Shown one piece after another: positions 1 through 8,781 of a DNA stretch of 30,627 bases. The translations under genes and the position numbers were made by a program. Positions within the stretch are counted from its first letter, which is position 1, and every line of letters starts with the position of its first letter. The notes beneath the pieces are model-generated. The model was not told the DNA's origin. It saw only the letters and a list, made by a program, of their open reading frames with translations, and searched no databases. This stretch comes from a virus (lineage: Duplodnaviria; Caudoviricetes), in IMG/VR virus record IMGVR_UViG_3300020042_001755, positions 1 to 30,627 of that record; one strand, given 5' to 3'.

Positions 1-72
1 AAGTATTTGGTGACAATCTGAAAGTATTACCTGTATGTTAGCCCTATCTTTTTGGATTATATCAAAACAATA
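1..72 (-). other. Inverted fragment of an allele of the 27565..28014 gene (probable chimeric junction)
   Basis: Reverse complement matches 27760-27831 with 5 mismatches, all synonymous in that ORF. It joins the forward sequence through AAACAATA (65-72). Confidence 0.85.
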
Positions 73-93
73 TAGACTAATAGACTAATATAG
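65..93 (+). promoter_or_regulatory. Putative late promoter AAAC-N18-AATATAG
   Basis: AAAC 65-68, AATATAG 87-93, ATG at 96; same motif at four other distinct loci. Confidence 0.75.
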
Positions 94-95
94 TT

Positions 96-1721
96 ATGAG
101 CATACCTAACAATTGGGGAGATTGGAGGCCTAACCTAACACCTCACACTGGAGATTTACAGGCAACTGATTTGATTGAGTGTACTATGATTGTAGGCGGT
201 ATACCTGTTAACACAGCTATTACAGGCCAACAGATTATAGATGCAGCTTCGGGTGGTGGGTTAACTACTGCAGATAGGATGGTAATTGTAGGTAGAAACT
301 CTACAGGCGTAACTCTATATGCGGGAACTATTATATATATTTCGGGAAGTACAGGTAATAGGCCTAACTATGTTAAAGCACAGGCAAACACTGAGGCAAC
401 AAGTGCGGGTACTTTTGGTGTAATTGTAGCGGACATTGCTAACAACTCAGACGGCAACGCTTTAATAATTGGAACGCTAGACAACTTAGATACTAGAGCC
501 GTAGCTACCCACCCATTTACAACCGATACTTTAGTAGATGGCGACACGCTTTATTTAAGCCCTACTGTTGCGGGTTATGTTACAAGGGTTAAACCTTCTG
601 CACCTAATCATATTGTGTATGTTGGTAAGGTTATACGAACTTCACCTACTAATGGTACTATTGTTTATAGAATTCAAAACGGTTATGAGCTTAACGAAAT
701 ACACGATGTAGAAATAACCTCAGTAGCAAACAATGATTTAATACAATATGATACTGCTTCATTACTTTGGAAAAATAGAAGTTTATTAACTGCAGGAATA
801 CAACCTACTTTAGTAAGTGGTACAAACATTAAAACAATTAATAGCACTTCTTTGTTGGGGAGTGGTAATATTGCTATCTCAAGTGGTTTAACAGTAGGAA
901 CTACTGCTATAACTTCAGGTACCGTAGGCAGGATTTTATTTGAAGGTACAGGCAATGTACTGCAAGAAAGTGCAGGGTTATCATTTGCAACGGCAAATAA
1001 TCAATTAACTATAGGAACATCAACTTATTTAAGAGGCGGTACAAGTTATTTAGATTCATTCGCTACGGGATGGGGATTATATAATTGTGGTTTACAAAGT
1101 ACACTTTACGGAAATAATAATAATATATGGAATGTAAACACATTATCTGTAGGTTCAGCTTCAGCTTCAGCTAGACTTGATGTAAAAGCAGCGGGTGCAT
1201 TAAGTACGGATTTGGCATTTAGAGTTCGTAATAGTGCTAATACTTTAGATATAATAAAAGTACAAGGTAACAACGAGGTAAATGTTAGGGCAAATTTATC
1301 TTTAGGTTTATATGCTGCAGGTGCTACTCGTAAACTTTACATGGTAAGAGATGCTGAAACCTTTGGCATTGACTTAGATTGGGCAGGAGCTTCTACTACA
1401 GGCGCTAGAATAGTTAATGCAGGAAGTGGTAGTAATGTAGCTTTAAGTGTTAATAGCTTTAACGGTACAAGCAACTTTGCAATATCAATCGCCAATGGTG
1501 ATATATCAATGGGGGGAAGTGCAGGAACTAAAATAGGGGTAACAACAACGCAAAAGATAGGGTTTTGGAACGCTACACCAATAGTGCAACCAACTACCGC
1601 AGTAGCAGCCGCTACTTTTGTAGCAGGGGTAGGTACAGCAGTAACCGACGCTTCTACATTTGACGGCTACACTTTAAAACAAATTGTTAAAGCATTAAGA
1701 AATACAGGTATATTAGCATAA
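96..1721 (+). CDS. Tail fibre / receptor-binding protein, allele 1 (541 aa)
   Basis: G/T/S/N-rich; contains ELNEIHDVEITSVANNDLIQYD and QPTLVSGTNIKTINSTSLLGSGNI segments typical of phage fibres; swappable distal region; follows tail genes. Confidence 0.8.
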   Translation: MSIPNNWGDWRPNLTPHTGDLQATDLIECTMIVGGIPVNTAITGQQIIDAASGGGLTTADRMVIVGRNSTGVTLYAGTIIYISGSTGNRPNYVKAQANTEATSAGTFGVIVADIANNSDGNALIIGTLDNLDTRAVATHPFTTDTLVDGDTLYLSPTVAGYVTRVKPSAPNHIVYVGKVIRTSPTNGTIVYRIQNGYELNEIHDVEITSVANNDLIQYDTASLLWKNRSLLTAGIQPTLVSGTNIKTINSTSLLGSGNIAISSGLTVGTTAITSGTVGRILFEGTGNVLQESAGLSFATANNQLTIGTSTYLRGGTSYLDSFATGWGLYNCGLQSTLYGNNNNIWNVNTLSVGSASASARLDVKAAGALSTDLAFRVRNSANTLDIIKVQGNNEVNVRANLSLGLYAAGATRKLYMVRDAETFGIDLDWAGASTTGARIVNAGSGSNVALSVNSFNGTSNFAISIANGDISMGGSAGTKIGVTTTQKIGFWNATPIVQPTTAVAAATFVAGVGTAVTDASTFDGYTLKQIVKALRNTGILA

Positions 1722-1736
1722 ATAAAAATAAAAACA

Positions 1737-2045
1737 ATGAGCATACAAATTAAAGCAACACCAACAAAAGACATCTTAATAGCAGGAACTGAATTTAAAC
1801 TTAGTGAAGTTTATGGTAGATTAGAATTCGCAGCCAGGGCAAACGGTACTACTTTAGAAATTTCAGTAGCTACTTATGTAAATGGTGACACCTACACACA
1901 AGGTATGTTATTATATACCGATATACCCGCAGGTAATATAAACGCTACTTTAGAAGAAGGTGAGATACAATCTTTAGAGATGGCACACAAGTACGCTAAA
2001 CTAGCATACGAAAATTTAGGTTATGAAGTAATAATAAACTTATAA
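1737..2045 (+). CDS. Small protein downstream of the fibre (possible fibre chaperone/accessory)
   Basis: 102-aa ORF with A-rich leader, conserved in the second copy; function inferred from position only. Confidence 0.6.
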   Translation: MSIQIKATPTKDILIAGTEFKLSEVYGRLEFAARANGTTLEISVATYVNGDTYTQGMLLYTDIPAGNINATLEEGEIQSLEMAHKYAKLAYENLGYEVIINL

Positions 2046-2046
2046 A

Positions 2047-2490
2047 ATGGCATACGCAAACAACGGTGAATTTAATGTACTTTACGGCACTCGTAGAAAA
2101 ATGGCTAATGTACTTAAGAAGATAATCTTAAAGGAAGGTTTAATTGATTACGGTACGCTATACGAAAGTGTAAGGATCAATGCAAAGGTGCCCGCTTTAG
2201 GTAACTTAGAAATTCAGATTATAGCAATGTATTACTTTGGTTTCTTAAACAATGGTGCTAACCTTTGGAACGGTGGAGTAATAGAACCGTTTTTGTTATG
2301 TGCTCAATTAACTACAGAGTTAGATAATCAAGGTATCACTAATGAGATTTATGCACAGTATACTGATTGGTTAACTAAGCGTTACCCTATTTTGCAAGTA
2401 GCTACTATTTTAGAAAGTCAAAAGAAAATTACTTATTCATTTGAGCCAATAGGTGGAAGCTTCACAGGTACTTTAACTTTTAGAGGCTAA
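2047..2490 (+). CDS. Putative neck/tail-completion protein (HK97 gp10-like)
   Basis: 147 aa; LIDYGTLYESVR resembles the 'vdTG.Lr.Si' motif, followed by YYFGFLNNG. Confidence 0.5.
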   Translation: MAYANNGEFNVLYGTRRKMANVLKKIILKEGLIDYGTLYESVRINAKVPALGNLEIQIIAMYYFGFLNNGANLWNGGVIEPFLLCAQLTTELDNQGITNEIYAQYTDWLTKRYPILQVATILESQKKITYSFEPIGGSFTGTLTFRG

Positions 2491-3217
2491 GCTCTTTTTT
2501 CATACCTAACATATTAAACACTAACACCAGAGGCAACTCCCCTAGTGCTTCGTATTTTGTTAAGTCACCACCGCACAAGTTATAGATCATTAACTCCCAC
2601 GACCACTTTGTAGACTTCTTAGTCTGTTCAATTTCTTTTATCTCTTCGGGGTCCATCTCTAGTTTTTCTTCGGGTGTTAAATCTTCTTCACCTTCAGGGT
2701 TAAATAAATTCTCATAAGTCTTAAGAAAGTTATCTCTAAATTGTAGGAACTCATTGATAAGACCGTATACTTCAGTAACAGGTAACTCTAAAAATAAGTC
2801 TTGCCTATCTTTAGGACTATAGCTGTAAGGCTCATACACTAGATTAGAGAACTTATCTACCTCAGTACGCTTATATCTTATGCCCGCAATAATTGCAAGG
2901 TTCTTAACATAGTCACTAGCGAAATAATGCTCAAGGTCTATGTACTCGTACAGCGTCAACTTACCAATTGGTTTAATAGTCAAATCTAAAAGCTCATTTT
3001 TAAATGAATTCTTAGGCTGTGACTTAGTAAAATCTAGCTCATACATTAAGTCGGACATATCCTCTATGTCTATATCCTCAATATCTTCTAAAGGTATATC
3101 ACAAAGTATACTCAAGGCCTCACTATTGTAAGAATAGGACCCGCCTGTAGTGTCTAAAGTACTTAATTCAATGAACTGTTCTACAGTTATATCACTCCAC
3201 GATTGGGGTAGTTTCAT
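2480..3217 (-). CDS. Putative tail assembly chaperone-like protein (245 aa)
   Basis: Acidic; N-terminal LPQSWSDITVEQF; C-terminal WSWELMIYNLCGGDLTKYEALGELPLVLVFNML resembles phage tail-chaperone C-termini. Confidence 0.5.
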   Translation of the reverse strand: MKLPQSWSDITVEQFIELSTLDTTGGSYSYNSEALSILCDIPLEDIEDIDIEDMSDLMYELDFTKSQPKNSFKNELLDLTIKPIGKLTLYEYIDLEHYFASDYVKNLAIIAGIRYKRTEVDKFSNLVYEPYSYSPKDRQDLFLELPVTEVYGLINEFLQFRDNFLKTYENLFNPEGEEDLTPEEKLEMDPEEIKEIEQTKKSTKWSWELMIYNLCGGDLTKYEALGELPLVLVFNMLGMKKELSL

Positions 3218-3731
3218 TTTTGGCTTGTTGGTTTATCTTTTGTGCTATAAAATGTAAGTAAGGAATAGCAACATTTGCTTTAAGCTCCTTAAACAACTTT
3301 GCTTTATGCTTTAAATGGGCGTCAGTGTAGTGTTCAGTGTTAGTTAAATCTTCACGCTTAAACATTATAGCTGTAATTTCTGCAATATAATTAGGTGCCT
3401 TAAGGATTACACACTTTTCAATTAGCTTAGTGTCACGAACTGACAGCTTAAACTCACCTACATACTTATAACCTTCAAGCTCGAATTCAGTAACTTGTAC
3501 TAAATCATCTTTAGAACCAAAAGCGTTAAAGTCTTTTACCATCTCAATAAAGGTATCAATGTCAGTGTCTTGAAAATCTTTCTCAGGAATTCCTAAATAT
3601 TCAAATACTTTTAAATGCTTTTCGATAGGGTCAAGCTCTTCATTAGAATTGATTGTAGTGATTGCCTCGAATTGTGCAATGCTTAATTCAGTTACTTTGT
3701 TAGGTAACTCCTTGTCTAAAATTGTTATCAT
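3192..3731 (-). CDS. Paralog of the adjacent chaperone-like protein (179 aa from ATG at 3731)
   Basis: LPNKVTELSIAQF...IPEKDFQDTDID aligns with LPQSWSDITVEQF...IPLEDIEDIDIE. The ATG has an A-rich leader just downstream of a TATATTTG element. Confidence 0.6.
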   Translation of the reverse strand: MITILDKELPNKVTELSIAQFEAITTINSNEELDPIEKHLKVFEYLGIPEKDFQDTDIDTFIEMVKDFNAFGSKDDLVQVTEFELEGYKYVGEFKLSVRDTKLIEKCVILKAPNYIAEITAIMFKREDLTNTEHYTDAHLKHKAKLFKELKANVAIPYLHFIAQKINQQAKNETTPIVE

Positions 3732-3743
3732 AGTTTCTTTTTT

Positions 3744-3771
3744 TAACAAATATATAAATAAATTAATATAG
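3744..3771 (+). promoter_or_regulatory. Putative late promoter TAAC-N17-AATATAG
   Basis: AATATAG 3765-3771, ATG at 3774. Confidence 0.7.
3747..3754 (-). promoter_or_regulatory. Bacteroidota housekeeping -7 element TAnnTTTG (TATATTTG)
   Basis: CAAATATA on + strand, 15 nt upstream of the minus-strand ATG at 3731; a TTTG lies 23 nt further upstream (3778-3781). Confidence 0.65.
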
Positions 3772-3773
3772 AC

Positions 3774-4334
3774 ATGGCAAAAGATTTACCAATTTATAAA
3801 ATTACCATTGACCCGCAATATGCAGAAGATGGCGAAGACTTAGGAATTGAACAAATAGCTTTTACAAATATGCCCGCCATAAAGGTTAAAGGTATGGCTT
3901 TCAATAGCGAAGTAAAGGTAATGAAGTACGCAGATGATTTAAAGTATAGAATTGTAGCACCCGCTATGATACCAATGCAAATATACAGATGTGATGATGA
4001 CGGCTTTGAATATGAGGTTGAATTTTCAGTTGCAGAAATTGAAGCTATACATGGTAAGTTTATGCAAGATATGCGTAACAAAGACCTGTTTAATTTAGAG
4101 CACGATCAAAGCAAAACGGTACCCGCTTATATTCTAGAGTCCTGGATTGTAGACACCCCAAAGCAAGATAAAGCATACAGTACTTATGGTATTGAAGTAC
4201 CAACAGGCACGCTAATGGTAACGGCTCAAGTTACTGATATAGAATACTACAACAAGCTTGTAGAAAACGACCAGGTAGGCTTTTCAATTGAAGGGTTCTT
4301 AGGCCTTAAATTAAGTAATCAATTAAATAAATAG
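3774..4334 (+). CDS. Prohead protease (XkdF-like serine protease)
   Basis: FNLEH, ILESWIV, GTLMV and GFSIEG motifs; precedes scaffold and capsid. Confidence 0.8.
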   Translation: MAKDLPIYKITIDPQYAEDGEDLGIEQIAFTNMPAIKVKGMAFNSEVKVMKYADDLKYRIVAPAMIPMQIYRCDDDGFEYEVEFSVAEIEAIHGKFMQDMRNKDLFNLEHDQSKTVPAYILESWIVDTPKQDKAYSTYGIEVPTGTLMVTAQVTDIEYYNKLVENDQVGFSIEGFLGLKLSNQLNK

Positions 4335-4335
4335 T

Positions 4336-4734
4336 ATGAACAAATTACCCGATGGTGAACATTTAATCGAAGGTAAAATCTATGTCGTAAAAGGCGGTGA
4401 GGTTATCGAAATTAAAGATGTGCCTTTAGAAGATGTAGCCGCTACTGAAGAAGTAGAGATGGCTCAAACAGTAGTTGAAGAAGAAGAAGTTGAAACTGAG
4501 ACACCAGCAGAAGAAGAAATGGCGGTGGACCCTACAGCAGATGCAGAAGCAATTTTGGCTATCGTAACCCCTGTTATTGAAGAGCAGGTTAATCAATTGC
4601 TTGCAATTATTGCAGACTTGAAAAACCAATTTGAAGAGGCAATGGTTACAGAAACAGCTGAAGAGGCAATGAGCGAAAATGTAGCTTTGTCTGTTCACGA
4701 AAAATTTAAAGCGTATAATAAATTAAACAACTAA
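4336..4734 (+). CDS. Scaffolding protein
   Basis: LPDGEH start, very Glu-rich and helical; lies between protease and capsid. Confidence 0.65.
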   Translation: MNKLPDGEHLIEGKIYVVKGGEVIEIKDVPLEDVAATEEVEMAQTVVEEEEVETETPAEEEMAVDPTADAEAILAIVTPVIEEQVNQLLAIIADLKNQFEEAMVTETAEEAMSENVALSVHEKFKAYNKLNN

Positions 4735-4746
4735 ATAAAAAACAAA

Positions 4747-5661
4747 ATGAGAAAATTAAAATTTGATTTGGATGTACAGCCAGAAGCGTTATTAGCGGCT
4801 AATCCTGAGGCGTTTTATTCAACGGCTTATTTAACAGAAGATGTAGTTGATAACTACCGTACTTTACCAGGTGTAAAAAGTAAAACAAAATTATCTAATG
4901 TAGTATTCGGACAAATCTTACAAACTTCTACTTGTGCATTTACTGCACCTACAGATGATTTAGGAGCTATCGAAATTGATGTTTGTGCTTTAAGTGCAAT
5001 GGCTCAGATTTGTCAATTTGACCTTGAGCAGTCTTTTGTATCTTTGCAAATGGCTAAAGGATCAAACGGTGATTTCACTGTAGCTTCTTTTATGGATTAC
5101 TATTGGAACGAAATGGCTAACAAAATTCAAGGCGACCTTGAGCTTATTAGATGGCAAGGTGATACAGAAAGTGAAGACCCTACTTTGGCTTTGTGTAATG
5201 GTTATATCGTAAACCTTCAAGGTGATGTTACTGTAATTGACGGTGGTACAGGTGCTGTAAACTTAGGTAATGTACTTGCTAAAATGGCGGGTGTAGTTAA
5301 TGTAGCTCCTGCTGCAATTATCCGTAGAAAAGCAGACCTTCGTTTTTATGTTTCTTCTAATGTTGCTAATGCTTATGAGCTTGCAGCTGCACAAGGTAAC
5401 ACTCAAACTTATGTAACTCTACCTTTAGGATTGACTTACTTAGGTATCAAAGTTGTTGTTTGCCCAGGTATGGATGATAATACAATGGTATTGACACTTA
5501 GAGATAACCTTATCTACGCATTTGATGCTGAAGGAGATTCTAAAGCGTTGAAAGCAGTTAACTTATCTGATACTGTTGCTGAACCTTATTTAAGAACTCG
5601 TGCTAACATGAAAGTAGGATTTACACATGTTAACGGTGCTGAAATTGTTTTGTATATCTAA
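4747..5661 (+). CDS. Major capsid protein
   Basis: 304 aa after protease/scaffold; DLELIRWQGD matches the 'D....f.GdG' backbone-helix pattern; followed by a GCAA hairpin. Confidence 0.8.
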   Translation: MRKLKFDLDVQPEALLAANPEAFYSTAYLTEDVVDNYRTLPGVKSKTKLSNVVFGQILQTSTCAFTAPTDDLGAIEIDVCALSAMAQICQFDLEQSFVSLQMAKGSNGDFTVASFMDYYWNEMANKIQGDLELIRWQGDTESEDPTLALCNGYIVNLQGDVTVIDGGTGAVNLGNVLAKMAGVVNVAPAAIIRRKADLRFYVSSNVANAYELAAAQGNTQTYVTLPLGLTYLGIKVVVCPGMDDNTMVLTLRDNLIYAFDAEGDSKALKAVNLSDTVAEPYLRTRANMKVGFTHVNGAEIVLYI

Positions 5662-5673
5662 TTAACTAACCTT

Positions 5674-5691
5674 AAGGGGGGCAACCCCCTT
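5674..5691 (+). terminator. GNRA-capped hairpin between capsid and tail-tube genes (weak terminator or stabiliser)
   Basis: AAGGGGG-GCAA-CCCCCTT followed by TATT. Confidence 0.6.
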
Positions 5692-5709
5692 TATTAAAAC
5701 CCTAAAATT

Positions 5710-6234
5710 ATGGCTTGTGATGCTTTAGAAACGATAGTAAAATCGTGCGACAACAACAGCGGGGGTATTTACGGTATTTGGATTAATCAACAAGACAATA
5801 TTGCAAGTATCACCCCAACTGACCCTTCCGCTTCAACATGGGAGATTTCAGCAATTACTTTAGAGGCTTTAGCTCCTAACTTTACAGAATTCCAAATCAA
5901 AAGAAACACAGGTAGTTTCACAGAAGAGGCTGCTATTGATTTAATCAACGGTTCTTCTTATGTAACTCAAACAATTACTTTGATGTTTCACCGAAGAGAC
6001 AAAGATAAGTCAAACGCAATTAAAATATTAGGCTCAGGTCAGCAATATTTGACTGCTATTGTTTTAGATGCTAACGGTACTTATTGGTACTTCCCATACC
6101 TACAAGTTACAGGTGTTGGAGAAGGTTCTGGAACAGCTCGTGCAGATGGTTCTAAGTACTCAGTTACTCTACTTTCTGAAAACGAGTATTTAGCTTATGC
6201 AATTGACCCTGCTGCAGTTGCTGCGGTTATCTAA
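5710..6234 (+). CDS. Major tail tube protein
   Basis: 174 aa; MAC...SCDNNSGGI start, AIVLDANGTYW and GSGTARAD motifs as in Bacteroidota phage tube proteins. Confidence 0.65.
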   Translation: MACDALETIVKSCDNNSGGIYGIWINQQDNIASITPTDPSASTWEISAITLEALAPNFTEFQIKRNTGSFTEEAAIDLINGSSYVTQTITLMFHRRDKDKSNAIKILGSGQQYLTAIVLDANGTYWYFPYLQVTGVGEGSGTARADGSKYSVTLLSENEYLAYAIDPAAVAAVI

Positions 6235-6257
6235 TTACTGAATTACTCTATAAAATT

Positions 6258-6284
6258 ACCCTGCCAATTTAGGCGGGGTTTTTT
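6258..6284 (+). terminator. Rho-independent terminator
   Basis: ACCCTGCC-aattta-GGCGGGGT followed by TTTTT. Confidence 0.85.
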
Positions 6285-6290
6285 ATTTGT

Positions 6291-6319
6291 AAACAAATTG
6301 AACTTTTATAACAATATAG
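6291..6319 (+). promoter_or_regulatory. Putative late promoter AAAC-N18-AATATAG
   Basis: AAAC 6291-6294, AATATAG 6313-6319, ATG 6322; immediately after a terminator. Confidence 0.78.
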
Positions 6320-6321
6320 TT

Positions 6322-6663
6322 ATGATTTATTTAGAACAAGGCGAAATAAACAAGGTAATTTTAACACTTAGCGAAGTATCTACTTTAGTTAATCCTTATT
6401 ATCTTTTCGTTTTCACTAATGAAATGGACACCACAAGCACACCTATTTTATTTACTACACTAGACACTAGTGCATATACTGAACGGTACAATTTATTTTT
6501 AATAGATGAGCCTACAAATGTTACCTTAACTAAAGGACAGTATGTTTATGAAGTGTATGAAAGTCTAGTAGTGCCTGAGTCAATAGAAGATACTACAGGC
6601 ATAGTAATAGAAGAAGGTAGGATGGTAGTAAGTGGTCCAGTAATAAACACGATATACGCATAA
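6322..6663 (+). CDS. Small virion-associated protein (113 aa; start revised to ATG 6322)
   Basis: Beta-rich ORF preceding the portal; GQYVYEVYE...IEEGRM. Confidence 0.6.
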   Translation: MIYLEQGEINKVILTLSEVSTLVNPYYLFVFTNEMDTTSTPILFTTLDTSAYTERYNLFLIDEPTNVTLTKGQYVYEVYESLVVPESIEDTTGIVIEEGRMVVSGPVINTIYA

Positions 6664-6665
6664 TT

Positions 6666-7961
6666 ATGGCATGGTACGATATTTTTAAAGCAAACAAAGC
6701 AGAAGTAATAGAAGGTTATCAATCTTTTAGTACACCCTTCCAAAAAGTAGGCGGTGCTAACCTATCTTTACCTTATGTTAATGGTAGATTTACTACAGCT
6801 AACTACATACCCTTTGGTGAGGGCAACTTATACCCTGAGCTGCTTAACCAAATGTACTATTCTAGTCCTTTGCATGGTGCAATTTGTGATTATAAAACTA
6901 ACGCTGTAATTGGTGGTGGCTTTGAACTAGTAAGTGAAAACTTAACACCACAACAAAAGCTAGACCTTTACACTTTTGAGCGTAAAACAAAGCTAGATAA
7001 AATGGTGAAGGCTACCACAAGGCAGTTAGTAATCCATAACAGGGTATATTTTAAACTTTGCTTTAACGAAAAGCGTGAACTAGTTAAGATTGAAAATTTA
7101 AGCCCTGAAAAGATTAGAGTAGGTAGAGACAAAAAGACTTATTTTATTTGTGATGATTGGGCTTCTAGAATAGATGTAAGACAAATCAAAAGATACCACA
7201 TTACTAACCAGGACTGCGAGCAATTATACTGCTATGAAATTGAAAGTATTGGTCAAGATTACTACTCATTACCTCAATATTCAAGTGCTTTAAACTTTGC
7301 TTTTTTAAGCGGTGAGCTTTCGTACTTTGCTAAGTCTAATATTCAAAATAGTGTGTTCCCTTCATTTGCTATGATGTTCCCTAAGAGACCACAAAGCGAA
7401 GAAGAAAAAGATGTACTTAGAAGAACAATTGACAAGCTTAAAGGTGCGGCCAATGCAGGTAAAGCTGTGGCGTTCTTTGCTAACTCAGCAGAGCAACTAC
7501 CTAAAATTGAAAGCTTACCTACAAATGGAAACGACAAGCTATTTGCTGAAGCTTCTCAATTAAACACAGAACAAATTTGTTTTAGCCACACTATTGACCC
7601 TATCTTAATGGGTGTAAGAACTACAGGAAGTTTAGGTAGTGGTAGCGACATTAAGCAAGCTTATGTAATCTTTGAAAAAAATGTAGTAATGCCTTTGCGT
7701 GGTATGGTTCAAGACATCTTTAACGAGCTTTTACATATATCTAAGTTAAGTGCTGAATTCACTATCAATAACTTTCAGATTATTAATGAAACTATTGTAC
7801 AATTAGAAGGTGATACCTCTAAGACAAATGATGCTTTGAATTCTTTAAGTCCTTTGGTAGCAACTAAAGTGCTTGAAAATATGACTGTAAACGAAGTGAG
7901 AGCTTTAGCTTCTTTACCTCCTATTGAAGGTGGTGATTTAACCTCAACAAATCTATTATAA
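6666..7961 (+). CDS. Portal protein
   Basis: 431 aa; YYSSPLHGAICDYK, LKGAANAGK, ICFSHTIDPILMG and MTVNEVRALASLPP motifs. Confidence 0.85.
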   Translation: MAWYDIFKANKAEVIEGYQSFSTPFQKVGGANLSLPYVNGRFTTANYIPFGEGNLYPELLNQMYYSSPLHGAICDYKTNAVIGGGFELVSENLTPQQKLDLYTFERKTKLDKMVKATTRQLVIHNRVYFKLCFNEKRELVKIENLSPEKIRVGRDKKTYFICDDWASRIDVRQIKRYHITNQDCEQLYCYEIESIGQDYYSLPQYSSALNFAFLSGELSYFAKSNIQNSVFPSFAMMFPKRPQSEEEKDVLRRTIDKLKGAANAGKAVAFFANSAEQLPKIESLPTNGNDKLFAEASQLNTEQICFSHTIDPILMGVRTTGSLGSGSDIKQAYVIFEKNVVMPLRGMVQDIFNELLHISKLSAEFTINNFQIINETIVQLEGDTSKTNDALNSLSPLVATKVLENMTVNEVRALASLPPIEGGDLTSTNLL

Positions 7962-8518
7962 TGCTATACTTTATAACTGAAACCTACTTAAAGACTAACA
8001 CACCTATTACAGCCAATGTAGATGTAACAGATGTAACACCCTACATAGCTACACAGGCACAACTAAGAGTACAGCCTATCTTAGGTACTACTTTCTATAA
8101 TGGATTGCTTACAGCTTACAATGCTCAGACCTTAAGCCCTAATGAAACTATTTTAGTAGGTTTTATACAGCCTGTAATAGCGTGGCGTTCTGCAGAAGAT
8201 GCAGTATTCGGTTTGACTTACCAATTAAAGAACAAAGGTTTACAAACTCAAAGCGGCGATTACAGCGGGTCAGTAGGTAGAAACGAGGTAGCGTTTGGTA
8301 TGGAACACTATGCACAAAAGGCAGCCTTCTTTGAACAAAGATTAATAAACTATTTATTAGCTAACAAAGATTTATTCCCTGGCTTTACAGATGAGGCAAA
8401 TAGAGATACTGATTTAAGGCCTATGATTGATAGATGCAATTGTCAAGGTACCTGTATTGGTAGCTGTGGTGGGTTCCAAAGAGATAACGGTTATAACAAT
8501 AATATACTTATACTATGA
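7961..8518 (+). CDS. Head-tail adaptor-like protein
   Basis: Follows portal; LYFITETYLK, AQLRVQPILGT and LKNKGL motifs common in Bacteroidota phage adaptors. Confidence 0.6.
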   Translation: MLYFITETYLKTNTPITANVDVTDVTPYIATQAQLRVQPILGTTFYNGLLTAYNAQTLSPNETILVGFIQPVIAWRSAEDAVFGLTYQLKNKGLQTQSGDYSGSVGRNEVAFGMEHYAQKAAFFEQRLINYLLANKDLFPGFTDEANRDTDLRPMIDRCNCQGTCIGSCGGFQRDNGYNNNILIL

Positions 8519-8781
8519 GCGTAAATTTAATTAGAGACTGGCAACTTTTAACAGCTGGTGATATAGAAACCAATAACAGCTTATTTGAAATAGCTGAATT
8601 TTACGGTGTAGATGTAAAACTTAGTTTTGATTTATTAGGTGATATTGCTGTAGCTTTAGGTTACAACCTTGAGGACCCTAATAATTTTGGTATGCCTTAT
8701 ATTCAATTTATTAGTATAATAATAGCAGGTAAAGACGCTGAAGGTGGCTCATGGCTTCAAACAATAGTTAATAATATATAA
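8515..8781 (+). CDS. Hypothetical protein (88 aa)
   Basis: ORF overlapping both neighbours; no recognised motif. Confidence 0.6.
   Translation: MSVNLIRDWQLLTAGDIETNNSLFEIAEFYGVDVKLSFDLLGDIAVALGYNLEDPNNFGMPYIQFISIIIAGKDAEGGSWLQTIVNNI

Larger units (their letters stand above)
65..2453 (+). repeat. Long imperfect terminal direct repeat, copy 1
   Basis: Aligns to 27999-30627 with mostly synonymous substitutions, except for the fibre cassette and one 44-nt block. Confidence 0.97.

Noticed and set aside
96-1721. Diversity-generating retroelement or invertase shufflon as the source of the two fibres
   Set aside because: No reverse transcriptase or site-specific recombinase seen; differences are mostly synonymous and not adenine-specific; the copies are in direct orientation.
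2079-2092. 14-nt identity ACTTTACGGCACTC with 11039-11052 (start of the candidate sRNA)
   Set aside because: Same-sense match; about one or more 14-mer repeats are expected by chance in 28 kb. Curious only because it lies at the 44-nt replacement site.
3192-3217. Programmed frameshift joining the two chaperone-like ORFs
   Set aside because: No canonical X XXY YYZ heptamer seen in the overlap; the second ORF has its own ATG and a paralogous N-terminus.
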